A stretch of DNA of 64,000 nt, taken from assembly GCA_977018835.1 (NCBI GenBank), contig OZ361256.1, positions 3,658,001 through 3,722,000 of the forward strand, read 5' to 3'. Each line of letters starts with the position of its first letter. Position 1 is the stretch's first letter. Origin of the DNA: Minutocellus sp. GHC0000111. Lineage: Eukaryota. The notes under the pieces were generated by a model that was not told where the DNA came from, did not search any database, and was given only the letters and a program-made list of their open reading frames with translations. Shown here in pieces: positions 49,215-61,254 of this stretch. Position numbers and translations under genes: made by a program.

Positions 49215-51450
49215 GTGGATTTTTGTAGTAAACGCCTAGCTGCTAGTCCACACTATCGAGAACCACTGTGGCGGTTACTACAAAAAATCACTGGAATTGA
49301 AGCGATTTTTCTCTACTTTCCATTGACCCCCTCTTGGCGCCATCCACCGACGGCAACGCGAGGATCAGCAGGGATCTGGAGGTGGATTGTTGTTAGTTTT
49401 ATCAACCCAACCGCCGATTTTATGCTTTGAATCGACCATAGTGGTACATAGGGCCGTAGAAAAAGCACCTATCCTTGAAACGAACACCAACTACTTCGAT
49501 TAGCGTCGGTGCAGTAAAATTCTGTGCTGGTGGAGGTTGAATTTCGCTCCCCAATTGGGCTCATCGGTACCGACAATGTCAATGTGGAGACACTTTTTAC
49601 ACATTTATCGGTTGTATCACCTAGCTGCATGTGTGGGGTCATTATAAATTGCCTGGAGGTGAAGAGAAAGGGGCAGTATCTTGTCTATTTGGTGCATGTG
49701 GAACATCTTGGTGAAACGGGCTGGAGGCCGAGGCGCCCTGAGTCAGAGATGTAGAATTGATGCTGTCCGCCCCATGCATGCAAACTCGTGAACAATCCCA
49801 TGCAATTGTCTCCTAGTATTACATATCTTTCGACTTTTATGAGTTTCATTGGGTTACTGCGAGTGATGGTGATAAATTTAGTGATTGCATTCAATTTTTA
49901 TTGGGCTCTCAGCAAGATTGTAGGAGGTCAACCTTGCTGAGGGAGGATGATGATAGATCGGCATGAGGACGCAACCAAGAGTATTCTATTTGCTTTAGTT
50001 CCATTATGTACACATATAAGAAGTCATTTTTATGTAAATAATGTGTTCTTGTCCACTCGATGGAGTTTTGTAGCCATAGTCATCAACAGTAGTTGCGATG
50101 GGGCCACCGCAGAGCCCGACCTTGCTCTCAGACATTAGTAACATCTATAAATATCAAAGTAAGCCATGTTACTGCAGCTACTACCCATAGAATTCCACCC
50201 GATATATACCCTGGTGCGGCTCTATGAGAGAGTTGTCGAGTTCGTGATTATTTGTTGAGTTGTAAGCCCTGACTCTTCGTGGAGGTCGACGACCACCGAG
50301 ATTTACGATAAAATCCTCGAATTTTCACTTCGATTTGCCTCCATTACTTTCCTTGTCAGCACAAAGGACCTCTCATGAGCACAGAGGCCGCTCGGGTATG
50401 TCAAGGGCCATTGTTTAATGCCCTTCCCATTGAGTAGTTGTGGTTGATTGTTGTTCAATACCAATGATGGTATTTCGAATTGGCACCCCGCGAAATCTGG
50501 CGTCGACCTCCACGAAACATTCAGATACTTACAAAATCGTCAATCTTTGAAGCAAACCCGCGAAACTTTCCATCAATGACCCGCCTCACATCATATCTGG
50601 GCGAGAATAAGGTACTGATGTGGTGAATGGACGCGCATGGACCCAAACTATCGTCATGTTGATATTATGACCGACGACACTACGGAAACTTCCCCCCCCA
50701 AAATATCAATATGACATAGTTTGGCCAAACCATCGACCCAATTGCCAGAAAAATGCTATCGGACCTCAGCGTGGGTACATGCCATCCGAAAGGAAGCCTC
50801 GCTATCGTCGATTTGGCGTAGATAGGTATACCTATTGAGAAAGTGGTATCGCGGTGGAGAAGTTGAGGAGAATCTGGAAGTTCTGGTTTTACTTGTCATT
50901 GTGTGAGAATGCAATGGGTTCCAAACACAAACTCAACAATCAACACATACACTTCCATTCTTTAGTACATGCCTTGGCAGGATTGAATGAGAATCTGCGC
51001 CTCGCTGTTGAATTTCAAGATCTATTCCACCTCATCTGATTTTTGCGCCTGTCCCAATACCGGAAAATTTACTGCAAATCCACAAAGCCCCAACGAAATG
51101 ATCCACTTGCTGACACCCAAACCGCAGAAAAAGCACATCGATCGCTCCATTAGAGACATGGTGTCGAAATATCAAAAGTTGTATAGATACTCTCAGCGGA
51201 TTTTTTTGAGCAATAAGGCCACATCGACACTGAGGATCGTTTTTGCAGAGAAATCAGATTCTTGATTTTTGGGAGGATGGCGGAGTTTTGCGACTGTTGC
51301 ACATGCGAACTCAAAACCACTGCTCCACCGCCGCTCGACACTACCATTGGAGCGATGTTTCAAGTCGTCAAACGTTGGGAATCTCTCATCATATCGACGC
51401 CGTCGTTACTTTTCTTTGCGATTGTAGCCGTCGTGGAGGTCGAGGTGGGC
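49215..51450. repeat. Gene-free region with inverted repeats, probable non-autonomous TE relic
   Basis: 22-bp near-perfect IR 49215-49236/49270-49291; 16-bp perfect IR 50276-50291/50501-50516; tcgtggaggtcga recurs at 51431. Confidence 0.5.
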
Positions 51451-52046
51451 CGATGACATGCGCCGAAAGTCGATTTTCGTCAGTTTCAGGAGTGAGAGGC
51501 TCAGAATGACGACTCACTGGCCAAGATTCATACATAGAGAAGATGTGCTGAGGCGGGAATGGTTGGTGCATATCATCTTGGGGGTCGTCTGGGCACATCA
51601 CATGCCGGCTTGGGGGAAATTGTGAGAAATGGCACAGTCGTAGTCGAGAGAGAAGAAGTCGGGACATGTCGGAATGGCGTGGCACTACTAAAAATTAGAG
51701 GATCCCTATTACAAAAGATCGGCTTTTATTTTATTACCAAAACGCACGCAAAAGCAGGCCGCGTGTTGGTGTGGGCCGACAGGCCACGGACATCATGCAC
51801 CGACATCATGCAAACGGCGCAACACCACCGCACCACCCCTCGAAGAGTGCAGGCCACAGACATTATTTCATAACACAATTGCATCGCATTGGGCAAGACT
51901 TTCATTTCGTTTTGCGGTGTGGGCGAGCATCTGCCTGGTTAGCGATTGCGCAGTTGCTGCAAAATATTTCTCGCAAGCATGAATGCCAAAAAGGGACAAC
52001 GAGAACATGTGACGGCGGCTGGAAATAGTCCAAGGCTAGCTCTAGC

Positions 52047-55000
52047 ATGAGCAAGACCATCCCAATGTCCGACGAACACGATGCCAACAGCCTATCCGAC
52101 AGCCTGGCCTTCTTCCGCCGGCAGCTCGAATATTTCCAAGCCACGGCCGAAGACGTCGAGGACCGCAAGAAGAAGGGCGGCAAGAATCGGACCATCCATG
52201 TCGGGCAGATTGGCATTCGGTGCATTCACTGCGCCCATCGGCCTGCCGAGAAGCGGTCCACTGGCGCGGTGGCATTTCCCACCAAAACCGGCATGGTCTA
52301 TCAAGCCGTGCGCAACTGGCAGCGTAAGTCGGTCAGAGGTCACGTGCATGTCATGTCTGCGGCAAACGTATGGTGCATTGTTGGTTTGTGCCTCTTTCCC
52401 CGTTTCTTGCGCTGATGTCATGCTTATTGCTACTACATTGATTTGCACTTTATTGTTATCAAATGGTACTGAATTATATCCTCATTTCCTCCACATAACA
52501 TGCAATCTATGATCACGGCAGGGTATCATTTCACAAAATGCCCAGACATAACAGAAGAAATGAAGGCAGAGCTGAAGTCGTTCAAACGATCGCACTCAGG
52601 CAAAGATACTGAAAAGTATTGGATCGCCAGCTGTCATCGGAAGGGATTGGTCAATGGCCGCATGGGTAGCGAGTCGTCTGCATCGAACGGTGAGGGCATC
52701 TTTCTTCGGGACGATGCTAATGGTGTTGAATTTAGACAAGCCATTACGAATGAGACCGGGTTAGTGGACGAAGAGGAAGATAAGAAGCACCCAAGCATGT
52801 CGGACTTGGACTTATTTGACAACCTGCAAGATCTCGATTACCTTGACTTGCTTGGAATCACGGTTGATGATGCCAGCGATAAGGAAGCCGGTTCGGCGTC
52901 TGCACCTGCTCCTGTTCATGGTAATAGCGATGCATTCAATTTTAGTCTTGATCGTGGTCTTGGCGAAGCTCATGACGATGAACTGAGGCCGCCGGGGATG
53001 ACGCCTCCTCCCGACACAGAAGTGGCGTCGGCCGCAGCAGCAAGTCTTGGGACCAATCGTGCCACACATGCAAATTTGGAACCGCTTCCGTTTGATATCA
53101 ACGGGCAGAACAGCGAGGCGCTCGCCTTATCAGGTATTTTTCCAGATGATATACTCGGTAACGACGTCGCGAGTAGAGATCCTGGCTATGGAATTCATGA
53201 TCCCCTCGAGACGAATGGGTCTAGTATTTCGGCCGAAGTGGCCTTCACTTCTGATCGCATCGCACCAAATGAATGCATTCTGCAAAAGGTAAAAGAGGCT
53301 TGCAAATTAGTTGAAGCGGCGCTGGAGGTGAATCGTGATTCCAATGAGGACAGCCAAAATGGAGAGCTGCGTGTTCTCGGGAGGCATCTCTCTGTCCATT
53401 TTTGTGGATGCCGCCCTGATCTCGATCCTACTCCCGAAACCACAGGGCAGTTGTCATTGCACTCTGAGACAACAATAGGTGTCAACGCCGACTCTCGGAT
53501 GAAACGGAATAAGACGCAGGGAAAGGAAGCCGAATCGCTTACCGATTCTAGATTACCTTCGCCTATTACCAACCTCATTGAGAATCTTTGTCGCCCCCCG
53601 AGTCGGAGACTTTCATCTTTTCATTGCGACAACGTTCAGTACAGCTCGATCAAGGACGTTTAAAATGAGCTACAGATTATGGTCCAAGATCCCGACCGCC
53701 ATCTCTTTCAGGAAGACGTTCCTCAGACGGGAGCTTTGAGCCTGATTGACGGAAAATTATATGGTCGTGATCGTGAAATATCAGAGCTTCAGGAGGCATT
53801 TCAGGATCTCATGAGACATACTGGGCGTTCGATTCTATGCATTACAGGCGACTCCGGAACAGGCAAAAGCACCCTGGCCGTGCAACTTCGTGATCCTACC
53901 GAGCGTGTCGGGGGATTTTTTCTTAGTGAGAAATTCGATGAGCTGCAGCAGGTCAAGCAAGTACCAGTTGTCTTTTCCGCTCTCGACACCTTGTGCTCCG
54001 AGATCGTTCGTCGAAGCGGTCCTGAACTTCAGGCCACTAAAGAACGACTAGAATCGGCCCTTGGCTCCGAGATGAATGTATTGATGAGCGTAATACCAAG
54101 CCTCGGTGCTATCGTCGGTTCACAGGAAAGCGAATTGCCAGATCTCACCGGCGTATCAGCATTTATGCGTTTTCTCTTTTGTGTCCGACAGCTCATCAAG
54201 TGCGTATCATGCAAAGAACACCCAGTCGTCCTTGTGATTGACGACTTGCAATGGGCCGATCCGTTTTCTCTTTCCCTGCTTGAAGCCATTGCATCAGATG
54301 CCGACATATCTTCGTTTCTTCTTGTAGCCTGCTACCGAGATAGAGAGGTCGCCGAGGGCCATCCTTTGCTGAAAACATTTCGTTCTATTGAAAATTCTGG
54401 CGCTACAGTTAGGAATGAGATGCACGTCGACGGCATCGACCGATCAAGTGTAAGTACCCTAGTATCTGACGCTCTTCGAAGCATGCCGTCTCAGGCTCGA
54501 CCTCTAGCGAACCTCATCCACGGCAAGACCGGCGGTCAGCCCCTGTTCGTGATCCAATTCCTCAAGTCGCTATACGAGGAGGGATTGCTTCGATATTCTG
54601 CTTCGTCTCGTCAGTGGAATTGGGATGCAGAGACGATTTCAGAAAAGACAGTTGCCGATACCGTCGCCGAGATCATGACTGGCAAGATGCTTCGTTACTC
54701 CGAGGAAGTATTGATGAGCCTCAAGCTGGCCGCCTGCCTTGGTCACGAGTTCGATACCAAAACGCTGGACCTACTTGGACCAGAAGACTCTGACCACTCT
54801 CGCGGTCCTACCATGTCGGATAATTTGAACATTGCAGTTTTGGATGGATTGCTCATCAGATCTCACAATGTCGAATCGACAACATACAGATTCAGTCATG
54901 ATCAGATACAGCATGCTGCTTATTCGCTCATCAGCCTTGACGAACAAGCAGCATTGCATCTCCAAATTGCCCGTCTTTTGCTATCAAAGACCGATGCCGA

Positions 55001-56724
55001 TGACATAGACAGCATGCTCTTCATCGTTGTTGATCAGTTTGGCCGCGGTTTATCTCTGATAAGTGATCGTAGGGAGAAGACACAGGTGGCGCAGTTGTTC
55101 TCGAGAGCAGGGGAGAAGGCGTTGTCCTTCTTTGCCCACACAGCAGCGGCGATGTTTTCAGCTCAGGGAATCTCTCTCTCTTAGATGAAGATCACTGGAA
55201 AACAGACTATCAGTTGCCGCTCGGCCTCTACACGACACACGCAGAAGCCAACAACGTTGCCGGCGAAGTTGAACAAGTTGAGACCAGTTCGAATGTGATT
55301 TTTGACAATGCTCTGACATTTGAAGACAAGCTACCCGCTTATCTTTCTCTAGTGCAGGCTATCGGGAATCATAAAGGACGCTTGGTGAAGGCGACAACAA
55401 TAGGCCTTGAAGTTCTAAGAATGCTAAATATTGTTCTCCCGGAAAACCCCGACCAAAACACAGCCATGATGACAATCGACCAAACGAGAACAATGCTTGA
55501 GAGTATATCCACAGAAACGACATTTGCTCGAGTAATGCAAGACAAGACAGCTTTATTTGCAATGAAAATGCTTGCATTAATAGCAAGATTCACATTTATG
55601 GCAAGGAAAGAATTGATGGCTCTTATCTATTGTCGAATGATTCAATTGACAGTTGAGCATGGTGTTTGCAGCGATTCCATAATAGCAATTGGATGTTATG
55701 CTTTTGCGCTGGCCAATTCGGGGAACTTGGCCGTTGCCAACAAGTACAAGCACCTTGCCCTGTCGCTAATCGACCGGTTCGAAGCAAGAGAAGCAATACC
55801 ACAAGTGTATGGCCAAGTATACGCTCAGATGATTCAAATCGATCCTGTTCAAGCCTCTTTTCCTCAGCTTGAAGTTGGATATCGCACTGCGTTGGAATAC
55901 GGCGACAGGCATGTATATTGCGGATTAATGAATCGAGAGATTGCATCCCGTTTCTTCTATGGAGACTCGCTCAAGTCTGTTGAAATATTGGCCAGGGCTC
56001 ATATTCAAGAGATGGACACGATGCAGGAGAAGAATTACAACATCAGTACAAAACTTTTCCTACAAGCCACGCTAAACCTTCTTGACCCATCATGTGGTGA
56101 TCCGTCTACGTTGACGGGCGAAATTACCGACCAAGATGCAGTACCTAGGTATTGGCCATAGCCCACCAAATGAACTATTTTGGACTCATCGTACAGATTT
56201 CCCGCCATCGCATTCACCTGGCCTATCTCTTTCGGCAATATGATCTTGCCGCCTCCCAAGTAGACGGCGTTATGGCTGCCGTCACAAGCAGCGGAGGTAG
56301 TTTGTTTTTCCTCCCCAACGGAGTCATCGTATTGAACATGTTTCACGTTGGGCTTGTTGCATTGCAAATGACCCGTGCCAAAGATGCGCTAAAGTGGCTT
56401 CCGATCGCAACTGGGTGCATAGATAAAATGAAAACTTGGAGTGAGGCTTCTCCATGGAATTATGGCCACATGATGCAACTGCTGGAGGCAGAAGAAGCAT
56501 ATTGCAAAGGCGATCATGAGAAGGCAAAGTCAGCGTACGAGGAGGCAATTCGCTTGGCCCGGGAACACAAATTTATACACGACGAAGCGCTCTGTCTTGA
56601 GAGGGCTGCTTTATACTATGCTGAAACCTGTGGTGATGGATCCGACCTATCTAGAAAGTATATGTCGGAGGCCAGGGAAGCCTACGTCAAGTGGGGAGCT
56701 CTTGGTAAGGCGTCTGCGATGTAA
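52047..56724 (+). pseudogene. STAND ATPase copy 3 (inverted, more divergent); intron 52324-52521; nonsense at 53661, TC slippage near 55175, 8-bp insertion near 56144
   Basis: Colinear with copy 1 (GDSGTGKS, VIDDLQWAD) but broken into four ORFs. Confidence 0.9.
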
Positions 56725-56925
56725 ATACTTACTACGTAGCCAGAGTACCGGATTTCCTGGGATCATAGGCTGCAATGTAGACTGGGTTCTACCTTATGAA
56801 TGTTCGTTTGGACACAGCTCGCTAGCTACTAGCATAGCTCATAGTGAAATGCATCTAGATTTACCTACTAGCTACATGTAGAGGCTGGCACTGTGTACAT
56901 ATATTTTTCACCCATGAACTTTGGT

Positions 56926-57595
56926 TCACGCTGTGCCATTTCCCAAAAAGTCATCCCAGGATATCCACACAGATTTGTAGTACAGATCTGGCCTCAACGG
57001 CAATCGGCTTGCCAATTCATCATCGCTTATATCTCCACTCTTGATCAATGCCATGTACGTTTCTTCGGAATCCACCCCCTTCTCCTTCACCAGAACCTGT
57101 TGTACCACCTCTTTCGCCACATCAAAAGTCAGCGGCACGCCCAAAAAGTCATCCCAATTGGTCCACTCCTCCGACCAAACTTCGTCTGCGTTCTTCGGCA
57201 ACTGATACGTGCCGGCACATTCGTACTCGATGAATTCGTCCTGTGTGGTAAATCCGTAGGTGCGGGCCTTCTTGCGGGCCTCGGCAAAGGTGTACAGCTT
57301 TCGTGCCTTGACGGCGGCTGGTCCGTCGTCACGCGTTGGTCTTGCAATTGCATCGTCTGGCGATGCATGCTCATTGCTTGCCAACATTTCCAATCTTCTC
57401 GCTGCTGCCTTGCGAATGATATTGAACCGCCGAATAATAACGATGTCGTTTGGTCGCTGTTGTTGTTGCTGCTCTGATCCGAATGGCGTGTCGCTGATCG
57501 TAGGAGAAGGAAGATACGGCTGGAGGTTCGTTCACCAGAACAAAGTAAAGTAGGATTGACGAGACTGCACCAGCAAGTTCGGGCAGAGAGCGCAT
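56926..57595 (-). CDS. Small protein with two integrase-repeat-like units (LP..PD..Y...W..W.DFLG); signal peptide in another frame
   Basis: YTFAEARKKAR, LPKNADEVWSEEWTNWDDFLG, LPLRPDLYYKSVWISWDDFLG; upstream MRSL..LLYFVLV..VSSF resembles a plastid presequence. Confidence 0.6.
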
Positions 57596-57941
57596 CGTGG
57601 TTTGTTTGCGGCGGCCAGCTGATACTTCAATACATGGTAATAATTCCAAGCAAGTCAAACGCACTGTCGCGCCGTGACCGCTTGAATATCTGACGACGGA
57701 CAGAGCGTCATTTTTCTGCGGCGTGTCCGACCATGGCTGAGACTCGACTACGGCTGGCTTGGTTGAGTTCTGACTGAACCTTGCTGCCTTTGCCTCTGAG
57801 CTGTACCGCGGATACAGTAGATACACGACCTTGGGGCAAGTGCAGTTCAGCGCTTTGCGTGGTATCTTTCCCCTTTTGTACCTTGTGGTACATCTTGTGT
57901 GCTAAATTATTTCGTTCACCGCAAAATAGACAGTAACAAAG

Positions 57942-59735
57942 ATGGTCCTCGCCGAGCTCGGCGGACGGCTCCGCTCGTCCCTCCAAAAGCTGCACTCGTC
58001 GACGGGTGCCATCGACCCTCAAACGCTCGATGAGATATTGTCCGAGCTGTCCCGGGCCCTCATCGAATCCGACGTCAACGTCAAGCTCGTCATGAGCATG
58101 CGGACCAACATCAAGAATCGGGTGGGCAAGGCCGTCGAGGACGCCAGCGACGCCAGCACGGCCACCTCGGGCGGCACTCGGGTCAGTGCGGCGGGGGTCA
58201 ATCGACTGGTGCAAAAGGCCGTGGTGGACGAATTGACGACGGTATTGACTCCCGGTGATGTCAAGCCGTACCAAGTCAAGCGCGGTCGGCCCAACGTGAT
58301 CCTGTTTGTCGGCTTGCAGGGCGCCGGCAAGACCACGACGATCGCCAAGGTGGCCAACTACTACAGCCGCAGGGGATTCCGTACCAGCATGGTGTGCTGC
58401 GATACCTTCCGGGCCGGTGCGTTCGATCAGCTGAAGCAGAATGCCACCAAGCTGCGGGTGCCCTTCTATGGTGACTACACCGAGGCCGACCCGGTCCAGA
58501 TTGCCGAGGAGGGGGTGAACCAATTCGTCGACGAGGGCTTCGAGGTCATCCTGGTCGACACGTCCGGCCGGCACCGGCAGGAATCGGCGTTGTTCGAGGA
58601 GATGCAGGAGATCGGCGCCGCCATCCGGCCGGACAACACCGTGTTCGTGATGGATGCCACGCAGGGGCAGGCCGTGTTTGATCAAGCCCAGGCCTTTCAC
58701 GAGGCGGCCGACGTCGGCGCCGTCATCGTGACCAAGCTCGATGGACATGCCAAGGGCGGCGGGGCCATATCGGCCGTCGCCGCGACCAAGAGTCCCATCA
58801 TCTTCTTGGGCACCGGCGAGCACTTTGACGACTTTGAGGCCTTCAACGCCAAGAGCTTCGTCGGCAAGTTGTTGGGATATGGCGACGTTCGCGGTTTCAT
58901 GGAGGAGATGAAGAGCCTGAACGACGAGGATTCTCAAAAGGCCATGCGCGAGAAGATGGCCAAGGGACAGTTTACCCTCCGGGACATGTACTCGCAGTTC
59001 CAGAATGTCATGCGGATGGGGCCTCTTAGTAAGATTGCCGGTATGATCCCCGGCATGCCAGACTACCTCGTGCCCCAAAACGGAGAAGACGAGCAGACCA
59101 AGCGCCTCAAGAAGTTTTGCGTCATCATGGACAGCATGACGAACAAGGAGCTCGACGGCAAGGTCGATCTCAACACGTGGCCCAACGATGCCAAAATTCT
59201 GTCCCGCATCGAGCGCATCGCCGCCGGTTCCGATACCCACCCCACCGAGGTCAAGATGCTGCTCCAGACGCATCAGCAGTTTGAGAACATGATCGTCAAG
59301 ATGGGCAAGGTCGGCGGTGGCAAGAACATATCAGAGGCGCAGAGGAGGCAGATGGCGGCGCAGATGAAGAACAATCCCGCGGCCATTCGCAAGAGGATCA
59401 ACCAGATGGACCCGGCGATGGTCAGGCAGATGGGAGGGCAGGAGGCCATTATGAACATGATGGCCCAGGAGGCCGGCGGTGGAGGCGTTGGAGGTGGCAT
59501 GCCCGATATGAGCAGCATGATGGGTGCCATGGGCGGCGGTATGCCAGGAATGGGCGGTGGTGGAGGAGGTGGAATGCCTAACATGGCCCAGATGCAGCAA
59601 ATGATGAGTTCCATGGGGATGGGCGGAGGTGGTGGAGGTGGTGGTGGTGGTATGCCTGACATGGCCCAAATGACCCAAATGATGCAATCGATGGGCATGG
59701 GAGGAGGCATGCCCAACATGGGAGGAGGGCGGTAA
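57942..59735 (+). CDS. SRP54: Signal recognition particle 54 kDa subunit (cytosolic)
   Basis: MVLAELG, GLQGAGKTTT, DTFRAGAFDQL, DTSGRH, TKLDGHAKGGGA, FTLRDMYSQFQN, M/G-rich tail. Confidence 0.97.
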   Translation: MVLAELGGRLRSSLQKLHSSTGAIDPQTLDEILSELSRALIESDVNVKLVMSMRTNIKNRVGKAVEDASDASTATSGGTRVSAAGVNRLVQKAVVDELTTVLTPGDVKPYQVKRGRPNVILFVGLQGAGKTTTIAKVANYYSRRGFRTSMVCCDTFRAGAFDQLKQNATKLRVPFYGDYTEADPVQIAEEGVNQFVDEGFEVILVDTSGRHRQESALFEEMQEIGAAIRPDNTVFVMDATQGQAVFDQAQAFHEAADVGAVIVTKLDGHAKGGGAISAVAATKSPIIFLGTGEHFDDFEAFNAKSFVGKLLGYGDVRGFMEEMKSLNDEDSQKAMREKMAKGQFTLRDMYSQFQNVMRMGPLSKIAGMIPGMPDYLVPQNGEDEQTKRLKKFCVIMDSMTNKELDGKVDLNTWPNDAKILSRIERIAAGSDTHPTEVKMLLQTHQQFENMIVKMGKVGGGKNISEAQRRQMAAQMKNNPAAIRKRINQMDPAMVRQMGGQEAIMNMMAQEAGGGGVGGGMPDMSSMMGAMGGGMPGMGGGGGGGMPNMAQMQQMMSSMGMGGGGGGGGGGMPDMAQMTQMMQSMGMGGGMPNMGGGR

Positions 59736-59950
59736 GAAAGTGGAGCAAGGCGATGGATGGCTCAGTGAGCATGGACAGTATTCGCCCCAGGCCACATTTA
59801 TTTAGTGTAATTACACTAAATCAAGATGTAGGAATTCCTAATGAAAATAACTTACATAATAAACCCAAACATAGACATAATTATCAAAATATATACCGCT
59901 AACGATTGAACTGAAGACTGAAGTCCTGACTTTCACCATGTTCTGCGCTC

Positions 59951-60667
59951 TCAAAATCCGCCAAATAAGCCCAAATTCCAGATGTCTTCATGAAGCGAAA
60001 ATTTGTCATCTTGATTATTTGTAGTCGAAATACATATGGGCTCAATATCAAATGTCTCACCGACATGCGAAGTCTTGTTTGATATCGCTGTCTTCGTGTC
60101 GACACCTTCTTGTGTCATTGTGCATGTACCAAGAGTAGGACGAGTCGATGCGACGGCAACTTGGCCTGCCAAGTTTGCCTTCTTGCGCTCTCGGTACTTT
60201 GTCACTTCCTCTCGGTAGCGTTCCCTTTCCACCCGCGCTTGAAGGACGAATGGCTGCCGTGCCACCTCGTCCATAGCCCGCCACTGTTGACCAATTTTTC
60301 TGGCGAGATCTGCAAAGCTCACCTTGCCGTGCGTTCGTTTGTGCACCCTTTTGGACGTCTCTTGGACGATGCGGAATCCTTCGGTGGGCTGAACGACGGT
60401 TTGGCCAGCGGCCGAGAGCATGCCCGAGTATGACCCGCCAATTACGATGGCTGTATCTTTCTCAACATGTGATGTACATGTACTGTTCGACAACGATGAT
60501 TTGGAATCGTTACCGGTCAGCATTAGCGCTCGCTGGTACTTGAAGTAGAGATTGTAGGCAGACAGTGGGCGGCGAGGAGCATCCTTGGCCTTGGGGGTTC
60601 TACTTCTTCTCTTCTTTTTCACGGCCTGGTCTTGGTTGCCGCTTGCTATTGCTTTGTGCGGCGACAT
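59951..60667 (-). CDS. HMG-box protein with a long insert between helices
   Basis: KDAPRRPLSAYNLYF...HGKVSFADLARKIGQQW...F...A..ERERY. Confidence 0.88.
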   Translation of the reverse strand: MSPHKAIASGNQDQAVKKKRRSRTPKAKDAPRRPLSAYNLYFKYQRALMLTGNDSKSSLSNSTCTSHVEKDTAIVIGGSYSGMLSAAGQTVVQPTEGFRIVQETSKRVHKRTHGKVSFADLARKIGQQWRAMDEVARQPFVLQARVERERYREEVTKYRERKKANLAGQVAVASTRPTLGTCTMTQEGVDTKTAISNKTSHVGETFDIEPICISTTNNQDDKFSLHEDIWNLGLFGGF

Positions 60668-61254
60668 GCTGCTAGAGGTAGAGGTACTATGCTGACTAAT
60701 GCATGTAAAACTTTATTCGCTTGCCTTTTGTAAGTACGAATCGAACGAGGTTATGACAATGACCTTGCTGGCTGGGCTTACAGGCATGCGTCTCTTTGAG
60801 CCACCCTGATCCTACTCTTTTATGAGGGATTGCGTGGCAATCTTTCTGGTTCTTGTGTTATGTGAAGTTGCTGTGTTACGTGAAGTTGCTGTGAAGTTTT
60901 GGTCGATTGCGTGGCGGAAACCATCACGATGACCATAAGCCCCCGACCGACAAGAAAGTTGACTCAGAATTTTTCATTTCACCACCGTGCAGACAATAGC
61001 CCCCAGACGAGGTACCTAGGTAAAGCAATTGGAAATTTGTCACTCCCGTACCTAGGTACAGCAAAACAACGCCGCACAACAGAATTTCACCGCGAAGAAA
61101 CACGTGGATGAGAGGTCCCTCCAAACCCGAATTCCAGACCTCGTCGCTTGCCTGATCTTGTGGCCCTCACGCCCAGTATCTGCCCAGGTTGGGAAGGAAG
61201 TTCTGCCAACTACTTGTAGTCAGCCAGAGTTGCGTTATTGCCTGCCGAAGCGCC

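Noticed and set aside
56926..57393. Integrase-repeat-like protein as evidence of a provirus
   Set aside because: No recombinase catalytic domain or viral genes nearby; it has an organelle-type presequence.
57708..59273. Long antisense ORFs (also 17437-18549, 28862-29635, 61714-62829)
   Set aside because: Shadow frames of GC3-rich genes on the opposite strand.
59951..60667. HMG-box gene as a sex determinant in a degenerate region
   Set aside because: It looks like an ordinary split HMG-box factor and nothing in the sequence links it to mating type.
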